A stretch of 64,000 nucleotides of DNA from assembly GCA_038087875.1 (NCBI GenBank), contig CM075989.1:20462001-20526000 (forward strand), written 5' to 3'. Each line of letters begins with the position of its first letter. Within the stretch, counting starts at the first letter, position 1. This document shows, one piece after another, positions 12,322 to 24,310 of the stretch. The position numbers and the translations under genes are program-made. This DNA is from Malacoraja senta. Lineage: Eukaryota. The notes under the pieces were generated by a model. That model saw nothing but the letters and a program-made list of their open reading frames with translations. It had not been told where the DNA came from and did no database searches.

Positions 12322-12420
12322 CTGTCTGAAGAAGGGTCTCGGCCCGAAACGTCACCTATTCCTTCTCTCCAGAGATGCTGCCTGACCCGCTGAGCTACTC
12401 CAGCTTTTTGTGTCTATCCT
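12322..12420 (+). mobile_element. Penelope-like 3' end
   Basis: CTGAAGAAGGGTCTCGGCCCGAAACGTCACC...GCTGAGCTACTCCAGC. Confidence 0.8.
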
Positions 12421-12809
12421 CGTGGAGTTTTGAATGTTGTTTTGTGATCATAGACTGGGGCACAAACACAGAACTGGAATTTTAGAAATGACTCCGGAAG
12501 TTAGAAAAAAAATTCTAACCTTGTTAGAAAATTGTTAGAAAATATAATTAAGGTAACAAACAGCCTGATTATTCCAGTCAACGTTTTCTGGCCAAATGCA
12601 TTGCACACCAGAGAACTTATGTAATTAGCTATTGAAATCAGTCAAATTCCAATGGTTATTTTCTTGGATGTGTTTCAAGATAGCAGAGAGTGATTAGTCG
12701 AATGCCACAAGGGTGGTTCGGGGAATGAAGCCAAGATCAGTACTGACTCCCTTTTACGACATTTGGAACCAGGGACAAGGCATGGTCTACATTTGCGGAT
12801 GTTAACTTT

Positions 12810-13320
12810 GAACAGCACAGCCCAGGACCAGGCCATTCGGCCCACGGTGTCCATGCTGAACATGATGCCAATTTAAACTAATCTCCTCTGCCTCCACTTG
12901 ATCCATAGCCCTCCATTCCCTGCACATTCATGCACATATCTGAAACCCTCTTAAACACCACTATCTTATCTGCCTCCACCAACGCTCCCGGCAGCGTGTT
13001 CCAGGCACCCACCATTCTCTATGTTAAAAAATAACTTGCCCTGGATATCTCCTTTAAACTTCCCCTTCGGACCTTAAAGTTATGCCCTTGAGTCTTTGGC
13101 ATTTTCACCCTCAGGAGATAGGTTCTGACTGTGTACCCTAACGGTGACTCTCATAGTTTTTTATAAACTTCTATCAGGTCTCCCCTCAGCCTCCGAAGAT
13201 CCAGAGATCAAATGCTTTCCAAACTAATAGCCGCTATTCCGGATAGCGTTCAGGTAAACTTCTTCTGCACTCTTTCCAAAGAATCCACATCTTTCCTGTA
13301 ATGGGCCGGCCACAACTGCA
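12810..13320 (-). mobile_element. CR1 3' fragment (degraded)
   Basis: Reverse complement resembles the CR1 ORF2 end and tail. Confidence 0.7.
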
Positions 13321-13445
13321 CTCATTAAAATTGAGTGATAACGTATAATGATGTAGAAGAGGACTGGGTCAAAGGGGTAGAAATATGTTGGTGATATCAC
13401 TCCATATGATCATACAAAGTGATGGGAGTCATACAGCTTGGAACC

Positions 13446-14315
13446 ATGAGAGGCATACATAGGGTAGACAGTCAGAATCTTTTTCCCAGGGTGGAAACGT
13501 CAAAGACTAGAGGACATAGCTTTAAGGTGAGAGGGGCAAATTTTAAAGGAGATGTGCGGCCCAAGATTTTTTACAGAGAGGTTGGTGGTAGGGTTGCCAA
13601 CTGTCCCGTATTAGCCAGGACATCCCCTAGATTGGGCTAAATTGGTTTGTCCCGTACGGGACCGCCCTTGTCCCGTATTTGACTGCTACCACTCGGGTCG
13701 AGGGGACTGTCAGGTCGGAGCATCGCGTCCGGCCCCGTCTCACCCGTCCCAACATAGTGCAGCCCATGGAGTGCAGCAGCAGCACCTCACCTGTGGCCAC
13801 GTCGGTCTGCTAACCGACCTTCGGAACTTCGCTTACCATCGACACCACCACCCCTCCTTCTCATGGAGCCGACCATGAGTTGGATGGGGTGATAGACTTT
13901 GCGAGCGACATCGCCTGGGCCAAAACCCCTCAGCTGGCCCGCCGGCTGGGCTTTGTGTGCAGCCCAGCACCCGGGCCAACTCACCATTCACCCTGCCACG
14001 GCCGAGTCGGTCAACGAATTGTCGTCGGGAATTTGTCCCATATTTTGACATTTTGTCCCTTGTTTGGGAGTGAGAAAGTTGGCAACCCTAGGTGGTGGGT
14101 GCCTATAACTCGCTGCCAGGAGTGGGTGGTGGAGGCAGATGGGATAGTGGTGTTTAAGAGGCGTTTAGATGGGCACATGGACATGCAGAAAATGGAGGGA
14201 TATGGATCATTCGCAGGTAGAAGTGATTAGATCAAAGGCATCATGTTCAGCACAGACATTGTGGGCCGGATCTCATCTCTGTCGGCCTGTTACTGCGCTC
14301 AACTGTTCTATGTTC
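13446..14315 (+). mobile_element. CR1 3' fragment interrupted by a hAT-type MITE
   Basis: MRGIHRVDSQNLFPRVETSKTRGHSFKVRG; resumes at 14091. Confidence 0.8.
13589..14090. mobile_element. Non-autonomous hAT-type DNA transposon (MER53/MER96-like termini)
   Basis: TAGGGTTGCCAACT...AGTTGGCAACCCTA TIRs, GGTGG on both sides, subterminal TGTCCC repeats. Confidence 0.8.
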
Positions 14316-14569
14316 CTTTCTGAGTACTTCTCCTGTAAGTAGTGTTAGATAATTACCAGGAAACTTTGTGGACTTCCATTCCTTGTACCCGTATTGAAAC
14401 TATTTATAGAACACCCACAATCGCCTTGACTGACACCATGTAGTGAAGTGATGAAAATTTAATTTTCCAAAGAATAAAGGCAATGAGGCACCGCCACAAT
14501 CTCAGCAGGTTTATCGGATGATAACTGGACAGGAATATTCCGGACATGATCTCCGAGTACCGTGAGTGA

Positions 14570-14867
14570 TTAGTTTAGTTTTGTTTAGAGATACAGTGCA
14601 GAAACAGTACCCTTCGGCACACCGAGTCCGCGCCGACCAGCGATCACCTGCACCCTAACGCTATCCTACACACACTAGGGACAATTTACAGCAGCCAATT
14701 AGCCCACAAACCTGCACGTCTTTGGAATGTGGGAGGAAACCGGAGCACCCGTAGTAAACGGTGACCCACGCAGGTCACGGTGAGAACGTACAAACTCCAC
14801 CCAGACAGCGCCCGCAGTCAGGATCGAACCCGGGGCTCTGGCGCTGTAAGGCGCCACCTTGCTGCCC
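14570..14867 (-). mobile_element. HE1/V-SINE-like SINE
   Basis: Consensus match. Confidence 0.85.
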
Positions 14868-15939
14868 TTATTATAAGAAAAATAAATAATTCCTCCTTCC
14901 CATTACTATTGTCTTAACTTATCTTCATGGGGAATTGCATCATCTTCTAATACAGGAAGAGGGGAGGAAGATTTGCCTGCTGGTGTATTTTAATCTACCC
15001 CTGTTCCTCATTTCTTGAAGATGATATCAGTTATAGGAAAATAATGCAGACACTAATCTTCCTTTTAACAATCGACCAGTGAAACCAAACACTGTATCTG
15101 GGTCACAACGCCTGCCATTTTTGAAATATACATTGCAAGCCTTATTAATTTCACATGGTATCAGTTTTCTAAGCTTCAAGCTCAAATGCCAACTACAGAT
15201 GATGATCAATAGATTCTTTTTAACAGGTTCAAAGGATACACAAGTCCATTAATGTGCCTTCTGTTCATTTATTCTCATTTTTAGCAAACATATACCAATA
15301 GTTTAATAAAGTCACTGAAATGTTATTCTGCAGCATTCGAAACAATTAACTCATAGGCTTTACATAAAAGACTTTGGTTGCTTTAATATTAATTGTTTGT
15401 TTTAATATAGACTGATTATTATAATATTGGACCTCAACCCTTATGAACTTAATTGCTAGAAGTGATTGAATATTTTTGAAATTATGTTATGCAATGTTTA
15501 AAATAATTGCTAATCAGTATGTTTATTGCATCTGTGGTTTGTGTCTCCTTATTTGAGTGCAGTCTGCATAATTTTCATGAGTTATTGTGTGATGGTGTTT
15601 GCTGAAGATTGCCTCGTGTTGCGGTCTAACATCTGTTACCTTCATTGATCTTGACAGCTGTCCTTTGTGTAATCTCATCTCTGATGTATTCCAGTCACAA
15701 TCCACAGTGGCACTTTTCTCCAAGGGACTTTCCAATTGCTCCGCTGTGATATTCCACTCCATGGTATCCAGCCCAAACAGTGCCCACAGACACTGTCTTC
15801 ACTTGTGAGTACAAGCTACACAAATTAGTCTTTCACCGTTTTTTTTTCTTTTCCCCCTTTCTGCAATTGCTGTTGCTGTTATTTGTTTCCCGTCTCTCCC
15901 TGAAACAAACCCTTCTTGAAGAGTCAGAGTGTGTACAGT

Positions 15940-16244
15940 TTAGTCTAATTAGTTTACTTTGGTTTAGAGATACAGGCCCACGGGCCCACCGAGTCCGCGC
16001 CGACCAGCCATCTCCCCGTACACTAGCTCTATCCCACACACACACTAGGGACGATTTACAGAAGCCAATTAACCTACAAACCTGCACCTCTTTTGGAATG
16101 TGGGAGGAAACCGGAGCCCCCAGAGAAAACCCACGTGCTCACAAAGAGAACGTACAAATTCCATACAGACAGCACCCATAGTCAGGATCGAACCCGCGTC
16201 TCTGGTGCTGTAAGGCAGCAGTTCTATCACTGGGCCGCTGTGCC
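15940..16244 (-). mobile_element. HE1/V-SINE-like SINE
   Basis: Consensus match. Confidence 0.85.
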
Positions 16245-16606
16245 TTCTATATAAGGAGAGTTGCAATACTAGATGACTTATTTGCCTTGAACAGAGGCCA
16301 CTTTGCTCTGAAGTCTGTGCGGCGTGTTGTAGTGTAGAAATAATATTGTTGTTTCCCACAGCCACGGTGTAAGTATTAGCACGGTGGGATATTTATTTCT
16401 TGATAAAGTATGCTCAGAAATTATACAGCTTGAATAGTATTTATTAAAGGAAGTAATTAATTTTTGACATATTTACGACCTCAAAATATTCCAAGTCCCG
16501 ATTATGCAGTCAATGAAGTGGTCTGGAAGCTTCATGCAGGAAACACACCACTCATTAGAACCGTTGGGCATGGTACGCTTCCATGAACAGTAATGGCAAT
16601 GAGTTA

Positions 16607-17197
16607 AGGTCCTGTCCCACTTAGGCTATTTTTTAGGCGACTACAGGCGACTAGGCTGTCGCCACATGGTCACCAGGGTGTCGCCTGTATGGTCGTGAGT
16701 CGTCTCCTCAGTCGCCCAAAGAGTCGTAGCGTCTTTCTGGTCGCCGCTGGATTTTCAACATGTTCAAAAAACTTCGACGACTGTGGGTTTGACACCAATG
16801 AGCATAGCTTGACTTATCCTGACGTAGGAGCTGTCGTAGGTTTTCACCAGGTGACGTAGGTTGTCGCCGGTGCTGACTTCAGTGAATTCCATTGGCGACT
16901 ACCTACGTCAACTGGCGAAAGGTACCGGCGACTGAATTGTCTTCGGTTGTCGCCGACAGGGTCGTAGCTTGACTTCGGTTGTCGTAGGTTGTCGTAGGTG
17001 TGGTTGTAGGTGGACGTCCTAATGGGTCGTTGATTGTCGGTAGTTTGCCATAGCTTGACGTCGACTAGGTGGTAAGTTGTTGTAGACATTGTCGTGGGGG
17101 GGGGGGGGGGGTCCAGTCGCCGTTTTTTCGGCGACCTGCTATGACTATTACAATTGCCGGCAGTCACCTAAAAAATCGCCTAAGTGGGACAGGCCCT
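16607..17197. mobile_element. PIF/Harbinger-type MITE
   Basis: AGGTCCTGTCCCACTTAGGC...GCCTAAGTGGGACAGGCCCT TIRs, TTA TSD (16604-16606, 17198-17200), internal GTCGTAGG/GTCGCC repeats. Confidence 0.85.
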
Positions 17198-17239
17198 TTA
17201 GAGACTTTATACTCAATGAGAATGTTGGAACGACCTCAT

Positions 17240-17492
17240 AGAGTCATAGAGAGTCATAGAGTGATACAGTGTGGAAACAGGCCCTTTGGCCCACTGAGCC
17301 CGCGCCGACATTAACACCATCCTACACATCATGGACAATTTAACAATTTTACCGAAGCCAAATAACCTACAAACCTGCACGACTTTAGAGTGTGGGAAGG
17401 AACCGGAACACCCGGAGAAAACCATGTGGTCACAGGGAGGACGTACAAACTCAGTACAGACAGCACCCGTAGTCAGGTTCGAACTCGGGTCT
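17240..17492 (-). mobile_element. HE1/V-SINE-like SINE (partial)
   Basis: V-domain and tail match. Confidence 0.75.
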
Positions 17493-17596
17493 CTTACCAC
17501 TCCAAGAACACCTTGGAACATTTAGGGCAGCACAGTTGCGCAGCGGTAACGTTACTGCCTAAGGCCTTGAGTTCTTGAGGAAAGTTGTCTCTATAA

Positions 17597-18075
17597 ATGG
17601 GTGATGTGCTGGCTCTGGAGAGGGTCCAGAGGAGGTTTACAAGAATAATCCCAGGAATGAGAAGTTTAACGTATGATGAGCGTTTGATGATGCTGGGCCT
17701 CTTTAAAACTTACAGAATAGTAACAGGCTTGGATAGAGTGGATGTGGAGAGGATGTTTTCACTAGGGGGAGAGTCTAGGACAATTGATAGCCTCAGAATT
17801 AAAGGATTTTCTTTTAGTAAAGGAGATGAGGAGGAATTTATTTCGTCATGGGGTGGCGAATCTGTGGAATTCTTAGCCTCAGAGGCTGTGGGGGCCACGT
17901 CAGTGGATATTTTTTAAGGCAGAGATAGATACATTCTTGATTAGTACGGGTGTCAGAGGTCGTGGGGAGAAGGCAGGAGAATGGGGTTGGGAGGGAGAGA
18001 TAGATCAGCCATGATTGAATGGCGGGGTAGACGTGATGGGCCAAATGGCCAAATTATGCTCCCATCACTTATGAC
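17597..18075 (+). mobile_element. CR1 3' fragment
   Basis: DVLALERVQRRFTRIIPGMRSLTYDERL plus tail. Confidence 0.85.
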
Positions 18076-18600
18076 CTTATGTGGCAGGAGTTGTTCAGAG
18101 CCTAAGTTAAGGCATCCCCCAATAATTAATTTGCACATTATTGACCGTGAAGATTTTCTGGGTGGAATGAAAGTTCACCGTGCCATAAATCACGGGCTAA
18201 TCAATCCCATTAGTTTCTAAACATGCAGCTGCCGCGCGTGACCATATACTCCATAAAAACATATATCAAAATGCTTTAAAGTCTTGTCCTGTGGTTACAA
18301 TGGGTGCACGTTTTTCTTTATCATCGAAAATTGTAGCCTGACATTTCTCCGCAAACAAGTTTTATTGCTGATTAAAGAATCATTAAGGAATGTAAATCAA
18401 ATGCTGAGCGATACATTGGCTTCCTGAATATTAATGTGCTTGTACCACTGGAAGATATTACGTGTGTCAGTAGGCAATTTAAAGAGTGCAGAGAGCCAAG
18501 ACAATATTTTTTATCAATCCAATCTATTTGTTGATTGAATAGATTAATTGATTGGGATTTGATTAATTGATTGGGATCTGGGTGCCATTAAAGTGGATTG

Positions 18601-18732
18601 AGTCCAAAGAAGGGTCTTGACCCGAAACGTCACCCATTCCTTCTATCCAGATATGCTGCCTATCCCGCTGAGTTACTCCAGCATTTTGTGTCTATCTTCG
18701 GTGTAAACCAGCATCTGCAGTTCCTCCCTACA
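18601..18732 (+). mobile_element. Penelope-like 3' end
   Basis: AAGAAGGGTCTTGACCCGAAACGTCACCC...GCAGTTCCTCCCTACACA. Confidence 0.8.
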
Positions 18733-19340
18733 CAAGTGGATTGATTTGCCCGGAGAAAATTGAACACGATGAGCATTGTTGGAGCTGCACTGACCCAGGC
18801 AAGCGGAGAACATCCCATCACAGTCCTGACTTGTGCTTTGAAGATGGTGGAAAGGCTCAGGAGGTGAGTCATTTACCACAGGGTACCCAACTGTTGTTTG
18901 CGGCCACTGCCTTTATGCGGCTGGTCCAGTTGACTTTCTGGTCAATAGTGCGTTGTTGAATGTCAAGGGTAGGTGGTTAAATTCTCTCTTGTTAGAGATG
19001 GATTCTTCCTGGCACAGACGTTATATCCAGTTGTCTACTAATTGTGCAGGTCTCGTGGCAGCAGCAATGTAGAAAAATAGTTAACATTTACATCAATACA
19101 GAATGCATTCATGAAATATTTGTTTAAGAAAGAACTACAGATGCTGGAAAAAATCGAAGGTAGACAAAAATGCTGGAGATACTCAGCGGGTGAGGCAGCA
19201 TCTATGGAGTGAAGGAATAGGTGACGTTTCGGGTCGAGACCCTTCTTCAGACTGATGTGGGGGGGGTGGGATTTCCTGCCCCCCCCCCACCCCCACATCA
19301 GTCTGAAGAAGGGTCTCGACCATTGGAGCATTCGACCATT
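18696..19340 (-). repeat. Inverted duplicate of 11005-11645 (inferred donor copy)
   Basis: Near-identical reverse complement including unique spacer, LINE remnant and G/C-tract hairpin. Confidence 0.95.
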
Positions 19341-19537
19341 GGAGAATGGCAGCCTAAACGGGACCTAGATACAGTGAAATTCCTGGTTTTGCATAAAATT
19401 CAGTAAAATAAGCACAATGACAAGTACAAGAATGCCAGCAATTGTAGTGTAAACATAATAGACGTCTTCTGAGGCAGTACACAATGAGTTTTTGCCACAT
19501 ATTTGGTGCCATCTTGTATCCTTCAAGCTTCATGTTT

Positions 19538-19900
19538 GGTTTAGTTTAGGGATACAGCATGGAAACAAGCCCTTCGACCACCAAGTCCACTCTGACCCAG
19601 TGATTACCCGTACACTAATTTGATCCTATACACTGGAGACATTTTACAGCAGCCAATTAACATTGTCTGTGTGGAGTTTGCACATTTTCCGTGGGACTGC
19701 GTGGGTTTCCTCCAGGTGCTCCGGTTTCCTCCTGCATCCCACTGATGTGGGAGTTTGTAGGTTAATTGGATTCGGTAACATTACCCCTGGTGGATGTAGA
19801 ATCTGGGGGTATTTGATAACAATATGAAGAGTATAACACTGGATTAGATTAGTGTAAATGGGAGGTCGATGGACTAGTGTTGACTCGGTGAGCCAAAGAT
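19538..19900. mobile_element. Two opposed partial HE1-like SINE fragments
   Basis: Minus-strand tail about 19538-19660 joined to a plus-strand V-domain about 19665-19900. Confidence 0.6.
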
Positions 19901-19905
19901 TCTGT

Positions 19906-19949
19906 TGCCCGTCTCTCTCTGCCCGTCTCTCTCTGCCCGTCTCTCTCTG
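19906..19949. repeat. Short tandem repeat (TGCCCGTCTCTCTC)x3
   Basis: Directly visible. Confidence 0.9.
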
Positions 19950-20839
19950 TGCATAGGTACGATGAGGTACAGGTGCAATGAAAGTTTTGCTTGCAGCCGC
20001 ATCACAGGCACAGAGACTTGGGCGAATTACACATAAATTCCCCATGACAGTAAAAAAGAAAAAAAAGACTGGGTAGAATAAAGCATCCAGGACCTCGGTG
20101 CAAAGACGTGATCAGACGTGAGTGCACGTTCGGGCCTGTGTTTTGGAAATGATCTGAAAGTCAACACTGCCAATAATGCAACAATCCCTCAGCGTTGCTC
20201 TGAAGTGTTAATTCAGGTAATGGATTTAAATCTGAGTGATGAAGATTAAACCCAGAGCTGACAAATCCACCAATGCAGCAGGCCAAAGAAATGATGTAGC
20301 AATATTAATTTACAAGACGGATATTCATCTTGTCTCCTTTATCAATAATCTTGTTTTTTGGTTCTATCGTTGGAGGCAGGAGAGAGTTTATGCCGACTTT
20401 TCAGAACAAATTAGATAAATGTGAAGCGGCAGTCTCTGTGAATGTTCCTGACAGCAGTCCCGCTCCCCCTGTCCGCGATCTGTATTCTCTGAGCTGCAAG
20501 CGGTATTCACCAGTTGATGGATCGGGCACTAACCGCGTTTGTCATCCCAGGAGCTGAACGTTAGACGGCTTCTCGATTTTATCGTCTCCGAGCTGAATAA
20601 GGGAATGCAACTCTGCTCCCAGTGAACCACACGCTGGATGGGGAATGAGAGGTCATCATATAGAACGCTTAGGTTAAAAATCTGTTTCTCTATCAATCCA
20701 CGTGAGGTTTGTAGTATTTGTTCTTGCAAGCATGTGCTGCCCTTGTTTATTCACCAGCATATTAATAATTGAGAACAATTCTGAATCTGGCTCCTACCAT
20801 CTTCGTCAATGTATCGGGTGAAGAACTTAAATTTAATTC

Positions 20840-20962
20840 GGTCTCGACCCGACACGTCACCCATTCCTTCTCTCCAGAGATGCTGCCTGTCCCACTGAGT
20901 TACTCCAGCATTTTGTGTCTATCTTAGATTTAAACCAGCATATGCAGTTCTTTCCTGCACAT
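20840..20962 (+). mobile_element. Penelope-like 3' end
   Basis: GGTCTCGACCCGACACGTCACCC...GCAGTTCTTTCC. Confidence 0.75.
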
Positions 20963-21074
20963 TCTTAAATTTAGTCATCGTTCGATGATCGAATAAACAT
21001 TTTATTTCAATTTTTATTCATTGTTGGGCATGGAAAAATCACCACAAATATTTGTGAAGATTTCCTCCCCTGAA

Positions 21075-21360
21075 TTCGCGTGGGTTTGCTCCAGTTTCCT
21101 CTCGCATCTCCAAAACACGTGTGTTTACCAGCTAATTTGCCCCTTGTGTGTAGGGAGTGGATGAGAAAGTGGGATAACATAGAACTGATGTGAATGTGCG
21201 ATCAATGGATTCTGTGGGCCAAAGGGCCTGTTTCCACACTTTTTACCTAAACTAAACTAAACACCAGTCTGAAGAAGGGTCCTGACCCAAAACGTTGCCT
21301 ATCCATGTTCTCCTGAGATGCTGCCTGACCCGCTGAGTTACTCCAGCATTTTGTGCTTTT
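21075..21360 (+). mobile_element. Partial SINE followed by a Penelope-like end
   Basis: SINE tail with (CTAAA)n to about 21262, then CTGAAGAAGGGTCCTGACCCAAAACG. Confidence 0.7.
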
Positions 21361-21393
21361 CCCTTAAACTAAACTAAACTAAGTTTATAAAAC

Positions 21394-21923
21394 TTGCGAT
21401 GCCTTGCCTGGGTCGCCGCTCTGGAACTCCGGTATGCTGGGACCGCCGATAAAAACATCGCGGAGCTGCGGGTCTGTGGGCGGCGGCGCTGAACTTTACA
21501 TCGAGAGCCTGGGATCTCTCGCTGAGATCACCAGTGGTGGAGCTCCATCCAGCGCGGCCTATCGGCTTCGGAAGCCGCGGTCTCCGGTAAGGAAGCGGCC
21601 ATTCCAGGCATCCCAAGCCGCTGAGAGGATTCTCCCGACGCCGGAGCACCATCACCCGGCGAGAAGGGCCTGGAACATCGGGCCTCCGTAAAGGCGACTG
21701 CGGAGGTCTCAATAGGCCCGACTATGGGTGGACATGGGGATAGGGACTGGACTTTGTGCCTTCCCTCATAATGGGAACCATTGTGGGAGGATGTTTTTAT
21801 GTTTAAATTTCTTTATTAATGTTATGGTGTATTCTTTTTCAATGTGCTGCAATGGCAATCCACATTTCACTACACCTATTGGTGTATGCGACAAATAAAG
21901 AACCTTTGAACCTTTGAACTTGA
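21394..21923 (+). mobile_element. GC-rich non-coding element with a Rex1-like 3' tail
   Basis: CpG-rich body, then CATTTCACTACACC...GGTGTATGCGACAAATAAA(GAACCTTT)n. Confidence 0.55.
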
Positions 21924-22565
21924 TTATCGTGTTTACTGGGACGCTGAAGGTGAATCAGATAGACAGTGATCAATTCGTCACTCTGTTTTTAATGAAGTAT
22001 ATATTTTATGCAAACCAGTTTAACTAGGGATGTGTATATGTTTCTTTCCATCAGCTACAACGCTGTGTATGAATTATTTTCTTGTCGGGACTGATTTCTA
22101 GTTTCAGTATATGCCTGTGTCGTTGATCCAGCTGTACTTCTGGGCCCAAAGGAATACGGCACTAACACCATTGTGCCTGCCAGAATCGTACAGTGGTCCC
22201 TGAGGTACGGCCAGGATATCACTAGGGAGAGACAAACACGAGGGGATGTTGTGGCAAGGAAGATTACATAAACAATGTTTAATTCTGATTTATTACCCAT
22301 ATCCGAGCCTTTGTCCTGTCCCACTATACAAAACTTAATTTCTGCATCATCTTCAAAATAACGTATAATCTGCTGAAAAGTGTTTAAAATTATATAGCAT
22401 ATGCTAATGACTGCAGGATTCGGTGCAGGGATGGTTATCTGACCGTTTTATAAGAGGTTACTTAAAATTAGATTGCAAAACATTTTACTATTTTGGAAAA
22501 GTCAGACTGCTGGGGGACCTCAGCGGGTCAGGCAGCAGCTGAGGTGGGAAATGGATAGAAGGCTA

Positions 22566-22878
22566 TTTTAGTTTAGTCTAGAGATACAGCGTGGAAACAG
22601 GCCCTTCGGCCCAAGGAATCCGCAACGACCAGCGATCACTAGTTTTATGTGATCCCACCACCGCAACCCACACACTAGGGACAATTTACCGATGCCAATT
22701 CACCTACAAACCCGCACGGCTTTAGAATGTGGGAGGAAACCGGAGCACCCGGAGAAAACCCACGCGGTCACAGGGAGAGCGTACAAACTCCACACAGGCA
22801 GCACCCGTAGTCAGGATCGAACCCGAGTCTCTGGTGCTCTGAGGCAGCAGCTCTACCAGTTGCACCACTGTGCTGCCC
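22566..22878 (-). mobile_element. HE1/V-SINE-like SINE
   Basis: Consensus match. Confidence 0.9.
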
Positions 22879-22979
22879 TGGAAGTGCATTTCCCCACTTG
22901 AAGGCCTATTTATTATTCCACCTATTATTGGTCTGGAATGACTGTGATGCAACGGGGGTGAAATGATTGCTCCTCTGGA

Positions 22980-23540
22980 GAAGTCATGTTGCAGTTATGC
23001 AAGATGTTTGGTGTGGCCATATTTAAGGTATTGTGTTCAGTTCTGGGCACCATGTTATAGGAAAGATGTTGTCAAGTTGGAAAGGGTACAGAAGATTTAT
23101 GAGGATGTTGCCAGGACAAGAGGGCCTGAGCTATAGGGAGAGGTTGTGCAGGCCCGGATTCCATTCCGTGGAGCGCAGGAGGATGAGGGGGGATCTTATA
23201 GTGGTGTATAAAATCATGAGAAAAATAGATCTGGTCGATGCACAGAGTCCCTTGCCCATAGTAGGGGGATCGAGAACCAGAGGCCATGGGTTTAAGGTGA
23301 AGGGGGTAAGATTTAATAGAAACCTGAGGGGTAACATTTTCACAGGTATGTGTATGGAATGAGCTGCCAGAGGAGATGGTTGAGGCAGGGACTATTGCAG
23401 TGTTTACGAATCAATTAGGACGGGTTTAGAGGGATATAGACCAAATGCAGGCAGGTGGGACTAGTGTAGATGGGACATGTTGGGCGGTGAAGGCAAGTTA
23501 GGCTGTAGGGCCTGTTTCCACGCTGTATCACTCTATGACC
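22980..23540 (+). mobile_element. CR1 3' fragment
   Basis: RRFMRMLPGQEGLSYRERL...RRMRGDLIVVYKIM. Confidence 0.85.
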
Positions 23541-23699
23541 CTAGAGAATATTCCTCACAGCCCATGGGCAGTGTTGCAAATACTCTTCACTTCCACATCT
23601 CCTTAAACTGCTGAAATCCCCAAGTCCCAGTAATTCTGACTGAAAAACATAAAAAGTTAAAAGACATGCTCAAATGAAGGCTGACAATCTCCTTCGAGT

Positions 23700-24310
23700 C
23701 GTACAATGTGGAAACTGGCCCTTCGGCCCAACTTGCCCACATTGATAAACATGTCCCATGTACACTAGTTCCACCTGCCTGCTTTTGGCCCATATGCCTC
23801 TAAATCTTTCCTATCCATGTACCTGTCTGATTGTTTCTTAACCGGTGTGACAGTCCCTGCCTGAACGACCTCCTCCTGTAGCTTGTTCCGTACACCCACC
23901 ACCCTTTGTCTGAAAAAGTTACCCCTCTGGTTCCTATTAAATCTTTTCCCCTTTGCCGTAAACCTATGTCCTCTGGTCCTCGATTCCCCTACTCTGGGCA
24001 TGAGACTCTGTGCGTCTACCCAATCTATTCCTCTAATAATTTAATACACATCTATAAGATCACCCCTCATCCTCTTGCGCTCCAGGGAATAGAGTCCCGG
24101 CCTACTCAACCGCTCCCTATAGCTCAAGCCCTCGAATCCTGGCAGCATTCTCGTAAATCTTTTCTGTACCCTCTGTACCCTTTCCAACTTGACAACATCT
24201 CTCCTATAACACGGTGTCGAAAGCTGAACATGATATTCTCAATGCAGACTCACCAATGTCTTATACAACTGCAACACGGCTCCCAACTTCTGTACTCAAT
24301 ACTCTGACGT
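23700..24310 (-). mobile_element. CR1 3' fragment
   Basis: MPRVGESRTRGHRF...FFRQRVVGVRNKL. Confidence 0.85.

Noticed and set aside
16844..17167. CRISPR-like or coding short-repeat array
   Set aside because: Irregular GTCGTAGG motifs inside a TIR-bounded MITE; no repeat-spacer structure or cas genes, and the context is eukaryotic.
22108..22204. Candidate exon (TTTCAG...GAG/GTACGG, peptide YACVVDPAVLLGPKEYGTNTIVPARIVQWSL)
   Set aside because: The 97-nt peptide is unrecognised and such splice signals arise by chance; no supporting neighbouring exons.
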